Assembly: GCA_947503755.1 (NCBI GenBank)
Contig: CANNFC010000002.1
Coordinates: 1 to 38,857 of the forward strand
Direction of reading: 5' to 3'
DNA length: 38,857 bases
Source: Rickettsiales bacterium
Lineage (GTDB): Bacteria > Pseudomonadota > Alphaproteobacteria > Rickettsiales > UBA1997
The notes under the pieces were generated by a model. The model was not told the origin of the DNA, searched no databases, and was given only the letters and a program-made list of their open reading frames with translations. A program made the position numbers and the translations under genes. Each line of letters opens with the position of its first letter. Positions within the stretch are counted from its first letter, which is position 1. Below are positions 1 to 8,369 of the stretch, piece by piece.

Positions 1-1361
1 ACACTACCAGATTGTGCACGATAATTAGTTGCATCGGTTTTAGAAAAATCAAATAATATTTTATTGTTATCATAAACTGAAGATAGCATTCTTTCACCAC
101 CGCCAAGGGAAATACAGCTATTTAATGTAGTATCGCTAAGAGCAGAGTTGTAGTAATAGATATTACCAACATAGCCTCGATAATAACCGTGGTTCCAGTT
201 AAAATTGGAATCGTTAACCTTGGAACCGCAACTAATAGTATAAGGAAGAAAATAAACATTAAAAAAACCAGCATTGTCTGTTCTGGTTTTTGTTTTAATG
301 TTTCCTCCATAAATATCGGTAATTTTTAAATAACGTATTTTATTATTATAACGAATGGTAATTATCATTCCATCTACATAATTTGCTTGTTCGGCAGTTG
401 TAAGAACAATACTAAGAAGTGCTGGCATATGAGCAGTTGCAAATTCCACTATTTCTACTGCATTGGTGCCAACACTTACACCTACTCCTGCATAACTTAT
501 TCCATAATAATCACCATATTCTGGGTAAATTAGATATTTAGAACAACCAGTTTCACAATAAGCTGCCGTTCCTCTAGCAGATTCTGTATGGGTTTCTGTG
601 GTGCTGGTAGGTTTAGCATAAATTATTGCTGTAAAGTTATTTTTATAAACTGTGTGATTTGCTGGGGTTTGTAAGCAAGAATTGCCTGCATCAAAAAATA
701 ATGCAGGAGAAGACCCGAAAATATTATTGGCATATTTTGGAGGTGTATTTCTTTGGTTTAAAGTTTTTGTACCAGCTGAATTTGTCCAGCTAGTAAAGTT
801 GGCACCGTTTGTGCCTGTTGCAGGCACAATAAATTGCTCCGTTGGTGAGCATTCTCCAGTTTGGCTCACTGTAGAAGAAGCATGACCATTATAATTGGTA
901 TAGTTTCCTTCGCTACTCCACCCAAAATTGCTGACATTTTTGGTTGAGTCGGCTTGTTGCACAATAAAGATGGTTGCTTGATCGTTGCCGGCAATATCGG
1001 AACGAGAAATATTGAAATTATTGTTGCTAGCATAAAAACCAAGCAACGAATTATCGCCGTTAAAAGCAACTGCCGAACCATTATTAATGCCGTTAGTTTG
1101 GTTTTTAAATAAAATATCGCCGCCGGTTTTGCATTGATTATTACACAAAGTGCCATTTGCTAAAGTAATATAAGAAACATTGCTAGTGCAGGCTTTGCCA
1201 AAAGTGCAAGGATAAGAATTGTTGGGATAAATTGGTTGAAAAGTAAATTTTGGTCCTGTTGGTTTGAGATCATTCCACTTGGTGATGGTTGTATTGTTGG
1301 CAACATTTTCGATTTCAAAAGAACCATAGGTGTTATCTTTGGCTTCGAGCCATAAAGTGAG
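1..1361 (-). other. LamG-like domain 4 (truncated by window edge) with a fifth LamG-like domain inserted at ~105-905
   Basis: LTLWLEAKD...TKWNDLK...TIFIVQQ...SNFGWSSEG, then ~267 aa (FTSWTN...PALFFD...GVGVSVGTN...YRGYVGNIYYYNSALSD), then ERMLSSVYDNNKILFDFS, which aligns by eye with NKLMQISTDSADNGKFKFDFS of domain 1. Confidence 0.7.
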
Positions 1362-4300
1362 ATTATTGGTTATTGGTGGAGTGCAACCTTGCATTTGTAA
1401 GCCATCAGCATCGCAAGTGTAGGTGATATTGGTGGCGGTTTTGACATAGCCAGAAGCGGTATTACACTCAATATTGGCAATGTTTGTTTGGCTTGGTGTA
1501 TATGTATAAGAAAAAGAGGTAGATCCAGTAAAACTTGCGGTTTTTTGATAAGCTTTCCAGCCATTTATTTTGTTGTTAGCATCAAAATCAATAGAGCATG
1601 CAACCGATTGGCAACTACCTCCTATTAAAGAGCCAACTCCGCCATTACTAGAGCATTGAGCAGTTAAAGTGGAAAAGCCAGAGTTTAAAACTGGTTTATA
1701 ACCATTGATGCAATAAACAGTGTTGGCGTGTGTTACTTGCGAATTACTTGCAGAATTGGTGGCACTGGCAACATTAGTGATATTGCAAGTATTTGCCTGA
1801 CAAGGATTGGTTATGGTTTCGGTTTCTGCTAAACAACTTATAGTTGGCGATCCGTAATAAAAAGGAAGACACCTAACGTTGGTGCCGTTAATGGTTGTAG
1901 AAAAATTGGTGTTGATGCCAAGTGGAGAATTAATAATAATATTATTTGCCAAGGCTTCAAGTTCGGTAAAAACACAATTATTAGAAGTGCAGGCGCCAAT
2001 TGTGGTGGTGCCGTTATTTGGGCTACAAATAAAATTACCACTACTGCAAATACTTGTATCTGTGGTAGGAGTTGTTGGTTTGTTATAGCCAAAAGCACAA
2101 GTTAAATTTGGATTATCTAAAATACCTTGGCAACTTGTGGCTGTTGTGGCGGTTATAGTTTGATTGCCGTTAGTTAAGTTAACGGTGCAATTGTTGGTAG
2201 AACAACCAGCATAATTACTGTCATTACAAACAACTGTCGAGCCGCCAGGACTGTTGTATCCTGTGTTGCAACTAATGTTTTGATTGTGTTTATAAGTTCC
2301 GCTTACTAAATCTGGTCTAGTTGGCACAGTGCAATCTCGATAACAAGTTGGCACAACTCCATCGGTGTTTAATCCGCAAACTACAGAAGTGCCATTAGAA
2401 CCATTGCTATAGCCAGTAGCACATTGCACTGCGGTGTTATGATTATAGGTGCCAAAAATAATATCAGTTCTGCTTTGGCTAGGCACAGTGCAGTTAAGAT
2501 AGCATTTGCCATTTCCAGAAACATTGCTTAAAGAATTATAGTCGCCACCATATTGAGTGCAGTTTGCATTCATGGCAAAACCAGAAGTAGCAGTTCTGGT
2601 GCTGGCATTTCCCATGGTAAAACCACTTTGGCAAAGCATAGCTTCATTATGCAAATAAATATTTTTGGTAGTTTTTACACCGCTAGTATCGCTTGCATTA
2701 GAGATGCTACATATTTTAGTAAAGCCCCATTTAGTGGCGAGATAATCTTGCACATTTATTCGATCGGCATCTGACAGAACTGTATTATAAACGATTATTT
2801 CTCCTATTTTGCCACTAAAACCCTCGGCAATTTTTAAAACACCATTTGTTGCAGAAGTAAGAGAGTTTGTGGTTGTTGTATCAAGAACTGTAAAACTATT
2901 GTTATTGCTATTTTCTCTGTTATCTTGATAAGCTTTAACGGCATTACCATTTACAGTGATGGAGATAATTCTGGGATCGTTGCTAGAAGTATTTGAAGTT
3001 GAGGTGTAGGCAGCGTTGCCAAGTGTTATTTTGGTTTGATTGCTTGTAGTATAATTTTCGAGCTTAAATAAATTATTGGCAGTTTCTTGCCATAAAAAGC
3101 TACTGCCACCGTTAGATGTAGCTTGCTGCACAATAAAAATTGTAGCTTGTTTTGAAGTGGTGTTAATTAATTTACTTAAATCAGCATTGTTTGATGTTAA
3201 GGTAGAACTACCGCTAAAACTAATTGCCGAGTTATTATTGATGCCATTTGCACCAGTAACATAAGTGGCATTACCACCGCTAAAATTAAATTTTGTGGTA
3301 GTGGTTTCTTTGATATCGTTCCATAAAGCAATTGCAGAAGGCGGATTATTTTCACCGAAAGAAGAAAGGGTATTATCTTTGGCATCTAACCATAAAGATA
3401 TATTGATTGTATTTGGTGGTGTGCAACCGCTTAAAGTTATTGTGCTGTTAATGCATTTGTATTGTGGGCTTCCAGTATAGCCAGCACTGCATAAAACAGA
3501 ATAATTAGAAGGAATGTTAGTTGTGGTTGTTGTATAAGATAGATATACTTTTTTACTGCTTCTATTAATAATATTATCGCCAAATTTATAAGCTCCCCAA
3601 CCAATGATTTTACCATTTGCATCGCCAGTAATTGAGCAAAATTGCCATTTTTTGGCTAAATAATCGTGAACTGTAGCTACTTCGTTATCGCTAAGAGATT
3701 TATTATAAATCATTAATTCTGCAACTTCGCCAGCATAATATTCTATATTATTCAATTTTCTGCCGACAACAAAATAACCATTACCAGTAGTCAACTTATT
3801 TAAGTTGTCACTTTTAATTTTACTGTCAGTATTATTAAAAATATTGACATAACTACTTGCACTATTGATGTTATTTATACTCATGCTAGAAATGTTGCCA
3901 AGACTATTGTTGGAACTAATGCAACCATTTGCTATATTATTACAATAATAATCGGCATTTTCTCCAGAAAAATAAGCAAAATTATTCATAAATAACATAC
4001 CAGCTCTCTTAGAATTTTGTAAAGAGTTAGAATTTTGTTCAAATAAAGTCATGGTACTAGGAGAATTTATTTTATGCACTGCAATCATAGTGTAACTATC
4101 TGAACCATTAGTAATTGGCATCATATTTTGTGTTGTAGTAAACAAAGAATCATTGCCATCAAAACTAATAACCGGCATATTGTTATAATTAGCAGAGGTT
4201 GTTTTGTAGGTTGGTTTGTTGGCATCGGTGCCTTGAGTAACTTCGGTTGTAGTTCCGCCAGCACTATTTATTTTGCTTATCCAGGTGCCAATTTTTTCGT

Positions 4301-7300
4301 TTGGTGCCGTTCCTGATTTCATAATAGAGCTGGCATCGTTAGCATCTAGCCACAAAGTGAGTGAAGAAGCTATGCCGATATTATAAAATTCGTTTGGCAC
4401 ACAATTTCCGCCAAAAACCCTACCAAGTAAAATATTATTACAGTCGGCAGTAATTGGAGCTGTTTGAGTAAAGCCAGTTTTGCAAGTAATCGGATCGCCA
4501 TGAGTAAAGGTTGTTAAAGTTCCACTTCCGCCAACAATGTTTGGATTTAAAACATTGCATCTATTGATGGTGCAAGTGCCAACAGTGAGTGTTGAGCCAC
4601 TAGATGTGCAATCTAATTTACTGTTAACAATTGCAGAAAAAAAACTATCAACCAATGGTTTGCTATAACCATAAGGGCATTTTGCTCCACCAGTGTTTGT
4701 TGTTGCACCAAGATTTGCAGTTGAGGCATCGGCAAGAATAGTGCTATAAGCGGTGCCATGATCATATGGAGTGGTGCTTGCTAGAGTAGATCCGCCTACT
4801 GAATTATCTTTATTAAAAGTTACATAGCATTTGTTGATACTGCAACTGCCACTAACACTAGCATCTCCGCCATAAAGCGGGCAATTGGCAGAAATGGTGC
4901 CGTTGTAGCCTCTATCGCAAGTTAAAGGCGCTTGATGATCCACTGTTTGATTAGCAAACCCGTTGGCGATTGTGGTATCCCTTGTTACATAACCATAGAC
5001 ACTTGGAGTAATTCTTGTGCAAATTTTTGGAGAGAATCCCCATTTAGTTGCCAAGTAATCTTGCACATTAACTCTTTCGGTATTGTTTAATGATCTTTTA
5101 TAAATAATAATCTCGCCTAATTTGCCAACAAAATCGTTGGCAATAGTAAGAGTGCCAGAGGTGGAAGAAATGCTAGAAGCGGTGTTGTTGTTGATGATTG
5201 TCAAAGCATTTTGATAAGCAATCGTGCCACTAATAGATTTTACTATCGATATTAAAGTTGGGCTTGTGCTATAAGATTGATTTGATGATTTATAGCTTGC
5301 AGTAGGAGAAAAATCGAATTTAAATTTGCCGTTATCGGCAGAATCGGTAGATATTTGCATTAATTTATTAGCACCATCTTGCCACAACAAGCTTGAATTT
5401 CTGCTGGCATTTTCTGATTTTTGCACAATAAAAATGGTAGAGTCGGTGTTGTTGCTAATAATTTTCGCCTTATCAACGGTGGCAGAAAAACTTTGACCGC
5501 TTAAATTAAGAGCGGGTTTGCCATTTATAGCACTAAGGTTTTGCGAAGCAGGGCTTGAAGCGGTAAAATTAATTTTATTAGCACTTAAATCTTTCCATGT
5601 AGTAATATTACTTAAATTACTACCAAAAGAGTTATAAGTGTTATCTTTGGCTTCAAGCCACACACCAAGATCGCTATAATAGGCAGGGCCACAACCTTGA
5701 ATGGCTAGATTATTTCGAGTTGGGCAAGTATAACTTATATTTGAACCAGTAATAGGTGTATAGCCAAAAGAAGTATTGCAAGATAGCGAGCCAGAAGCTA
5801 ATGATGAGGCAGAAAAATCGAGAGCAACAGAGCCAGAAATGATATTTGAGGTAAGAAGATTAGCAATTGGTACTGCTTGCCAATTTGAACCATTGTCGCT
5901 CGTAGTAAATTGCAAAACAGCTCCGCCACCATTTTCATACCACCATATGTTTAAAGGAACTATATCGCCATTATTTAAGTTAATACCATTAGAAGATCTT
6001 AATGTTGTTCCTTGATCTTGCCAAGAATAAACTATATTTTGACCATTTAAGTTAATGACCACTCCATCATCGGTATAGGCACCAAAATAATGAACTCCTG
6101 TTCTAGTTGCTTTATAATAACCGTTAAAATTAATAATCACACCATCGGATCTGTTGGTATCTAAAATATTTTCATTATCCCAGTCATAGTAAACAATACT
6201 AGTAGTTCCAGAAGTTATTATCGGATTGTTAGATCTATCGTTATAACTACTGTTATTTCTTATGTATGTTGTATAATTTAAGCCAGTATTTGCATAAGTA
6301 TAAGCACCAAAGTTGTTGATAATATTGTTTTCACCAGTAGAAATTTGGCAAGCAATGCGGTTGCAACCTTCAAAAATTGCAGGTGTGTTGTGTGTTTCGC
6401 ATTTGTATTTGGCTATACCATCATAACCAGGTGCACAAGTTAGGCCAGCAGTTTCGATTGCTATATCGGTATAATCAAAATTAGTTAAGCCAGTTACTTT
6501 ATAGCCAGTGGTGTTTGGATTTGTGCAGGTTATTCTGGTGCAACTGCCACCAGTGATTTTGCCGGTAGTGGCGGTGGCATAATCGTTATTTAGGCAGTTG
6601 GCAGTGAGAGCTCCTGCACTAGATACATAACCTTTAAGGCAATAAATTTGTTGAGTGTGACTTACTTTTGAAGGTGCTAAAGCACCAGCGGTGCCACTTG
6701 TTAAAGGAACCAAGCATTCATTGGCGGCACAAGAGCCGTTAATGGTGATTGTGTTATTGTTTGTATCGCATAAATAATTAAGTGGGACGAGATTATCGTT
6801 ATAGCCATAAGCACAAGATAACAAACCTTTTTGAGCTGTCTTTTTATATTCAACCAAAGTGGGATTGGCTTGTGAAGAATCTTTAATTACACTGCTGTTG
6901 TATAAAATAGTAGCAAGATCTGTTCTGCTTAACACTCTACACATTTTACCCAAACAGGTTTTGCTAGTGGAATCAAAATATTTAGCATCGTTGATAGTTC
7001 TGTCGATATTAGAAACCGCACATCCACAATTAAATGTGGTGGTTTGATATTTATTTGAATCGCCTTGACAACTATTTTGATCGATGTTGCCATTATAATA
7101 TCCATTAACACCATCTATAATGCCATCTAATATACTGCAATTTACTGAGCAATTATTATTATCTAAAGCGTTGCAAAAATTTTTCCCTTCCTCTCTTAAA
7201 CCTTTTGTATTTTTAAGGCAGGCTTTTTGGCATGCTTTGCTTATTGTAAAATCTGAACCACCAGAAAAACATTTAATCACAATATCTAAAGATGCATTAA

Positions 7301-8063
7301 AAGTATCGTTGGTTAAATCGGAAACATATTGTTTTAAAACGTCTTCTTGACATTGGTAAGAAGTTATATTTAACGATTCACCGTTAGAAATTGTTTTGTA
7401 AATGCCAGTTCTGCTACTGTGTGTTTTGTCTTCATAAAGTTGATTTTCTGGAATATTACATAATTCAGAAGTGCTTTCTGCAACAGTGGTTGTGTCGCTA
7501 AATTGATTGGTGTTACTAAAATCGCTAAAAGAAGCGGTTGTTTTATCGCCAGTGTCAAAAATTTTATAATTGGCAAAGCCATCTGGTGCAAAATCGCTAG
7601 TGCCTAATGCAGGAATTAAATAACCATAAAAATTGCCGTAGCGATTAATAGCATCTTCTTTGGCAATACCTAAAGTTACATAAGGTATTTCGCCGTAATA
7701 ATAGTAATAATCAATATTGTTTATTTTTATAATTTTTGTTGTTAGTCCAGCACAACCTTCAGCTTGTCTTGCCACTTCCTCTCCGGTTCCGCCAGTAGCA
7801 GGGCAGGGCAGAACCATATATCTACAATCACCCTCTTTACATCCTGCACTATTTTTTAGTTTGAGTGCTTCGATTTTATTTTTAATGTTTTGTATTCTTT
7901 TATAATCTACTTTTGTTTGTTTATAGAGGTTTTCAAAGCTATTTACAGCCAAAAAACTAATAGCAACAAGGGCAAAAATAATCAATAAAATCGAGGCATC
8001 AAGCAAGCTAAAGCCTTTTTTAGTTGATTTATTGAAATGTTTTGCTAGTTGCTTGTTTAACAT
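1..8063 (-). CDS. Giant (>=2687 aa, 3' end outside window) prepilin-type N-terminal cleavage/methylation domain protein with Cys-rich modules, PA14 and LamG-like domains; putative pilus-associated adhesin
   Basis: ATG at 8063-8061 gives MLNKQLAKHFNKSTKKG|FSLLDASILLIIFALVAISFLAV, then LPCPA and GEIPYVTLGIAKEDAINRYGNFYGY (pilin-like head motifs). The same frame was read codon by codon without stops over 1-1400 and translated through most of the rest. An internal stop would have produced a long ORF in the supplied track, and none is listed, which fits an ORF running off the window edge. Confidence 0.93.
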   Translation of the reverse strand, partial: MLNKQLAKHFNKSTKKGFSLLDASILLIIFALVAISFLAVNSFENLYKQTKVDYKRIQNIKNKIEALKLKNSAGCKEGDCRYMVLPCPATGGTGEEVARQAEGCAGLTTKIIKINNIDYYYYYGEIPYVTLGIAKEDAINRYGNFYGYLIPALGTSDFAPDGFANYKIFDTGDKTTASFSDFSNTNQFSDTTTVAESTSELCNIPENQLYEDKTHSSRTGIYKTISNGESLNITSYQCQEDVLKQYVSDLTNDTFNASLDIVIKCFSGGSDFTISKACQKACLKNTKGLREEGKNFCNALDNNNCSVNCSILDGIIDGVNGYYNGNIDQNSCQGDSNKYQTTTFNCGCAVSNIDRTINDAKYFDSTSKTCLGKMCRVLSRTDLATILYNSSVIKDSSQANPTLVEYKKTAQKGLLSCAYGYNDNLVPLNYLCDTNNNTITINGSCAANECLVPLTSGTAGALAPSKVSHTQQIYCLKGYVSSAGALTANCLNNDYATATTGKITGGSCTRITCTNPNTTGYKVTGLTNFDYTDIAIETAGLTCAPGYDGIAKYKCETHNTPAIFEGCNRIACQISTGENNIINNFGAYTYANTGLNYTTYIRNNSSYNDRSNNPIITSGTTSIVYYDWDNENILDTNRSDGVIINFNGYYKATRTGVHYFGAYTDDGVVINLNGQNIVYSWQDQGTTLRSSNGINLNNGDIVPLNIWWYENGGGAVLQFTTSDNGSNWQAVPIANLLTSNIISGSVALDFSASSLASGSLSCNTSFGYTPITGSNISYTCPTRNNLAIQGCGPAYYSDLGVWLEAKDNTYNSFGSNLSNITTWKDLSANKINFTASSPASQNLSAINGKPALNLSGQSFSATVDKAKIISNNTDSTIFIVQKSENASRNSSLLWQDGANKLMQISTDSADNGKFKFDFSPTASYKSSNQSYSTSPTLISIVKSISGTIAYQNALTIINNNTASSISSTSGTLTIANDFVGKLGEIIIYKRSLNNTERVNVQDYLATKWGFSPKICTRITPSVYGYVTRDTTIANGFANQTVDHQAPLTCDRGYNGTISANCPLYGGDASVSGSCSINKCYVTFNKDNSVGGSTLASTTPYDHGTAYSTILADASTANLGATTNTGGAKCPYGYSKPLVDSFFSAIVNSKLDCTSSGSTLTVGTCTINRCNVLNPNIVGGSGTLTTFTHGDPITCKTGFTQTAPITADCNNILLGRVFGGNCVPNEFYNIGIASSLTLWLDANDASSIMKSGTAPNEKIGTWISKINSAGGTTTEVTQGTDANKPTYKTTSANYNNMPVISFDGNDSLFTTTQNMMPITNGSDSYTMIAVHKINSPSTMTLFEQNSNSLQNSKRAGMLFMNNFAYFSGENADYYCNNIANGCISSNNSLGNISSMSINNINSASSYVNIFNNTDSKIKSDNLNKLTTGNGYFVVGRKLNNIEYYAGEVAELMIYNKSLSDNEVATVHDYLAKKWQFCSITGDANGKIIGWGAYKFGDNIINRSSKKVYLSYTTTTTNIPSNYSVLCSAGYTGSPQYKCINSTITLSGCTPPNTINISLWLDAKDNTLSSFGENNPPSAIALWNDIKETTTTKFNFSGGNATYVTGANGINNNSAISFSGSSTLTSNNADLSKLINTTSKQATIFIVQQATSNGGSSFLWQETANNLFKLENYTTSNQTKITLGNAAYTSTSNTSSNDPRIISITVNGNAVKAYQDNRENSNNNSFTVLDTTTTNSLTSATNGVLKIAEGFSGKIGEIIVYNTVLSDADRINVQDYLATKWGFTKICSISNASDTSGVKTTKNIYLHNEAMLCQSGFTMGNASTRTATSGFAMNANCTQYGGDYNSLSNVSGNGKCYLNCTVPSQSRTDIIFGTYNHNTAVQCATGYSNGSNGTSVVCGLNTDGVVPTCYRDCTVPTRPDLVSGTYKHNQNISCNTGYNSPGGSTVVCNDSNYAGCSTNNCTVNLTNGNQTITATTATSCQGILDNPNLTCAFGYNKPTTPTTDTSICSSGNFICSPNNGTTTIGACTSNNCVFTELEALANNIIINSPLGINTNFSTTINGTNVRCLPFYYGSPTISCLAETETITNPCQANTCNITNVASATNSASNSQVTHANTVYCINGYKPVLNSGFSTLTAQCSSNGGVGSLIGGSCQSVACSIDFDANNKINGWKAYQKTASFTGSTSFSYTYTPSQTNIANIECNTASGYVKTATNITYTCDADGLQMQGCTPPITNNLTLWLEAKDNTYGSFEIENVANNTTITKWNDLKPTGPKFTFQPIYPNNSYPCTFGKACTSNVSYITLANGTLCNNQCKTGGDILFKNQTNGINNGSAVAFNGDNSLLGFYASNNNFNISRSDIAGNDQATIFIVQQADSTKNVSNFGWSSEGNYTNYNGHASSTVSQTGECSPTEQFIVPATGTNGANFTSWTNSAGTKTLNQRNTPPKYANNIFGSSPALFFDAGNSCLQTPANHTVYKNNFTAIIYAKPTSTTETHTESARGTAAYCETGCSKYLIYPEYGDYYGISYAGVGVSVGTNAVEIVEFATAHMPALLSIVLTTAEQANYVDGMIITIRYNNKIRYLKITDIYGGNIKTKTRTDNAGFFNVYFLPYTISCGSKVNDSNFNWNHGYYRGYVGNIYYYNSALSDTTLNSCISLGGGERMLSSVYDNNKILFDFSKTDATNYRAQSGS
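2727..3401 (-). other. LamG-like domain 3 within the giant protein
   Basis: ISLWLDAKD...IALWNDIK...TIFIVQQ...FSGKIGEIIVYNTVLSDADRINVQDYLATKW. Confidence 0.85.
3645..4361 (-). other. LamG-like domain 2 within the giant protein
   Basis: LTLWLDAND...IGTWISK...NNMPVISFDG...YAGEVAELMIYNKSLSDNEVATVHDYLAKKW. Confidence 0.85.
5040..5669 (-). other. LamG-like (ConA-like jelly-roll) domain 1 within the giant protein
   Basis: LGVWLEAKD...ITTWKDLS...INGKPALNL...TIFIVQK...FVGKLGEIIIYKRSLNNTERVNVQDYLATKW. Confidence 0.85.
5853..6284 (-). other. PA14 domain within the giant protein
   Basis: Translation GLNYTTY...VYYDW...FNGYYKATRTGVHYFGAYTDDGVVINLNGQNIV...LNNGDIVPLNIWWYENGGGAVLQF...VPIANL matches the PA14 pattern, including the DDG motif. 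Confidence 0.85.
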
Positions 8064-8369
8064 TTTTAATTAACAAGCTTGTTTGGTTAGGTTGTTTTGC
8101 ATAAGATTTAAAGACGGGAAATGATATTATAAGCTTTCAAATTCTAGAAAAGGAATTTTTGTTTTCAATCTCTTCTTGTTCTTTTGTTATAAAAAAATGC
8201 TGTATTAATATAAATTGAAACAATAGATATTATAACATTTCCATTAACTAAAACCATAGTATTATTTTAATTAATGGAATTGGTATTGCCATGCAACTTC
8301 ATCAAAAACATTGCTTTTGATAAAAAGTAATTTTAAAATGATGTTTTTAATTTTTTTATCTTTTAAGTT

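Noticed and set aside
122-7905. The roughly twenty short ORFs (61-96 aa) listed in the track
   Set aside because: They are antisense or alternate-frame shadows of the giant minus-strand ORF; none has a recognisable motif.
1-8063. Diversity-generating retroelement or shufflon acting on the adhesin
   Set aside because: No reverse transcriptase, recombinase or near-identical template/variable repeat pair was seen; the internal repeats are diverged at the DNA level.
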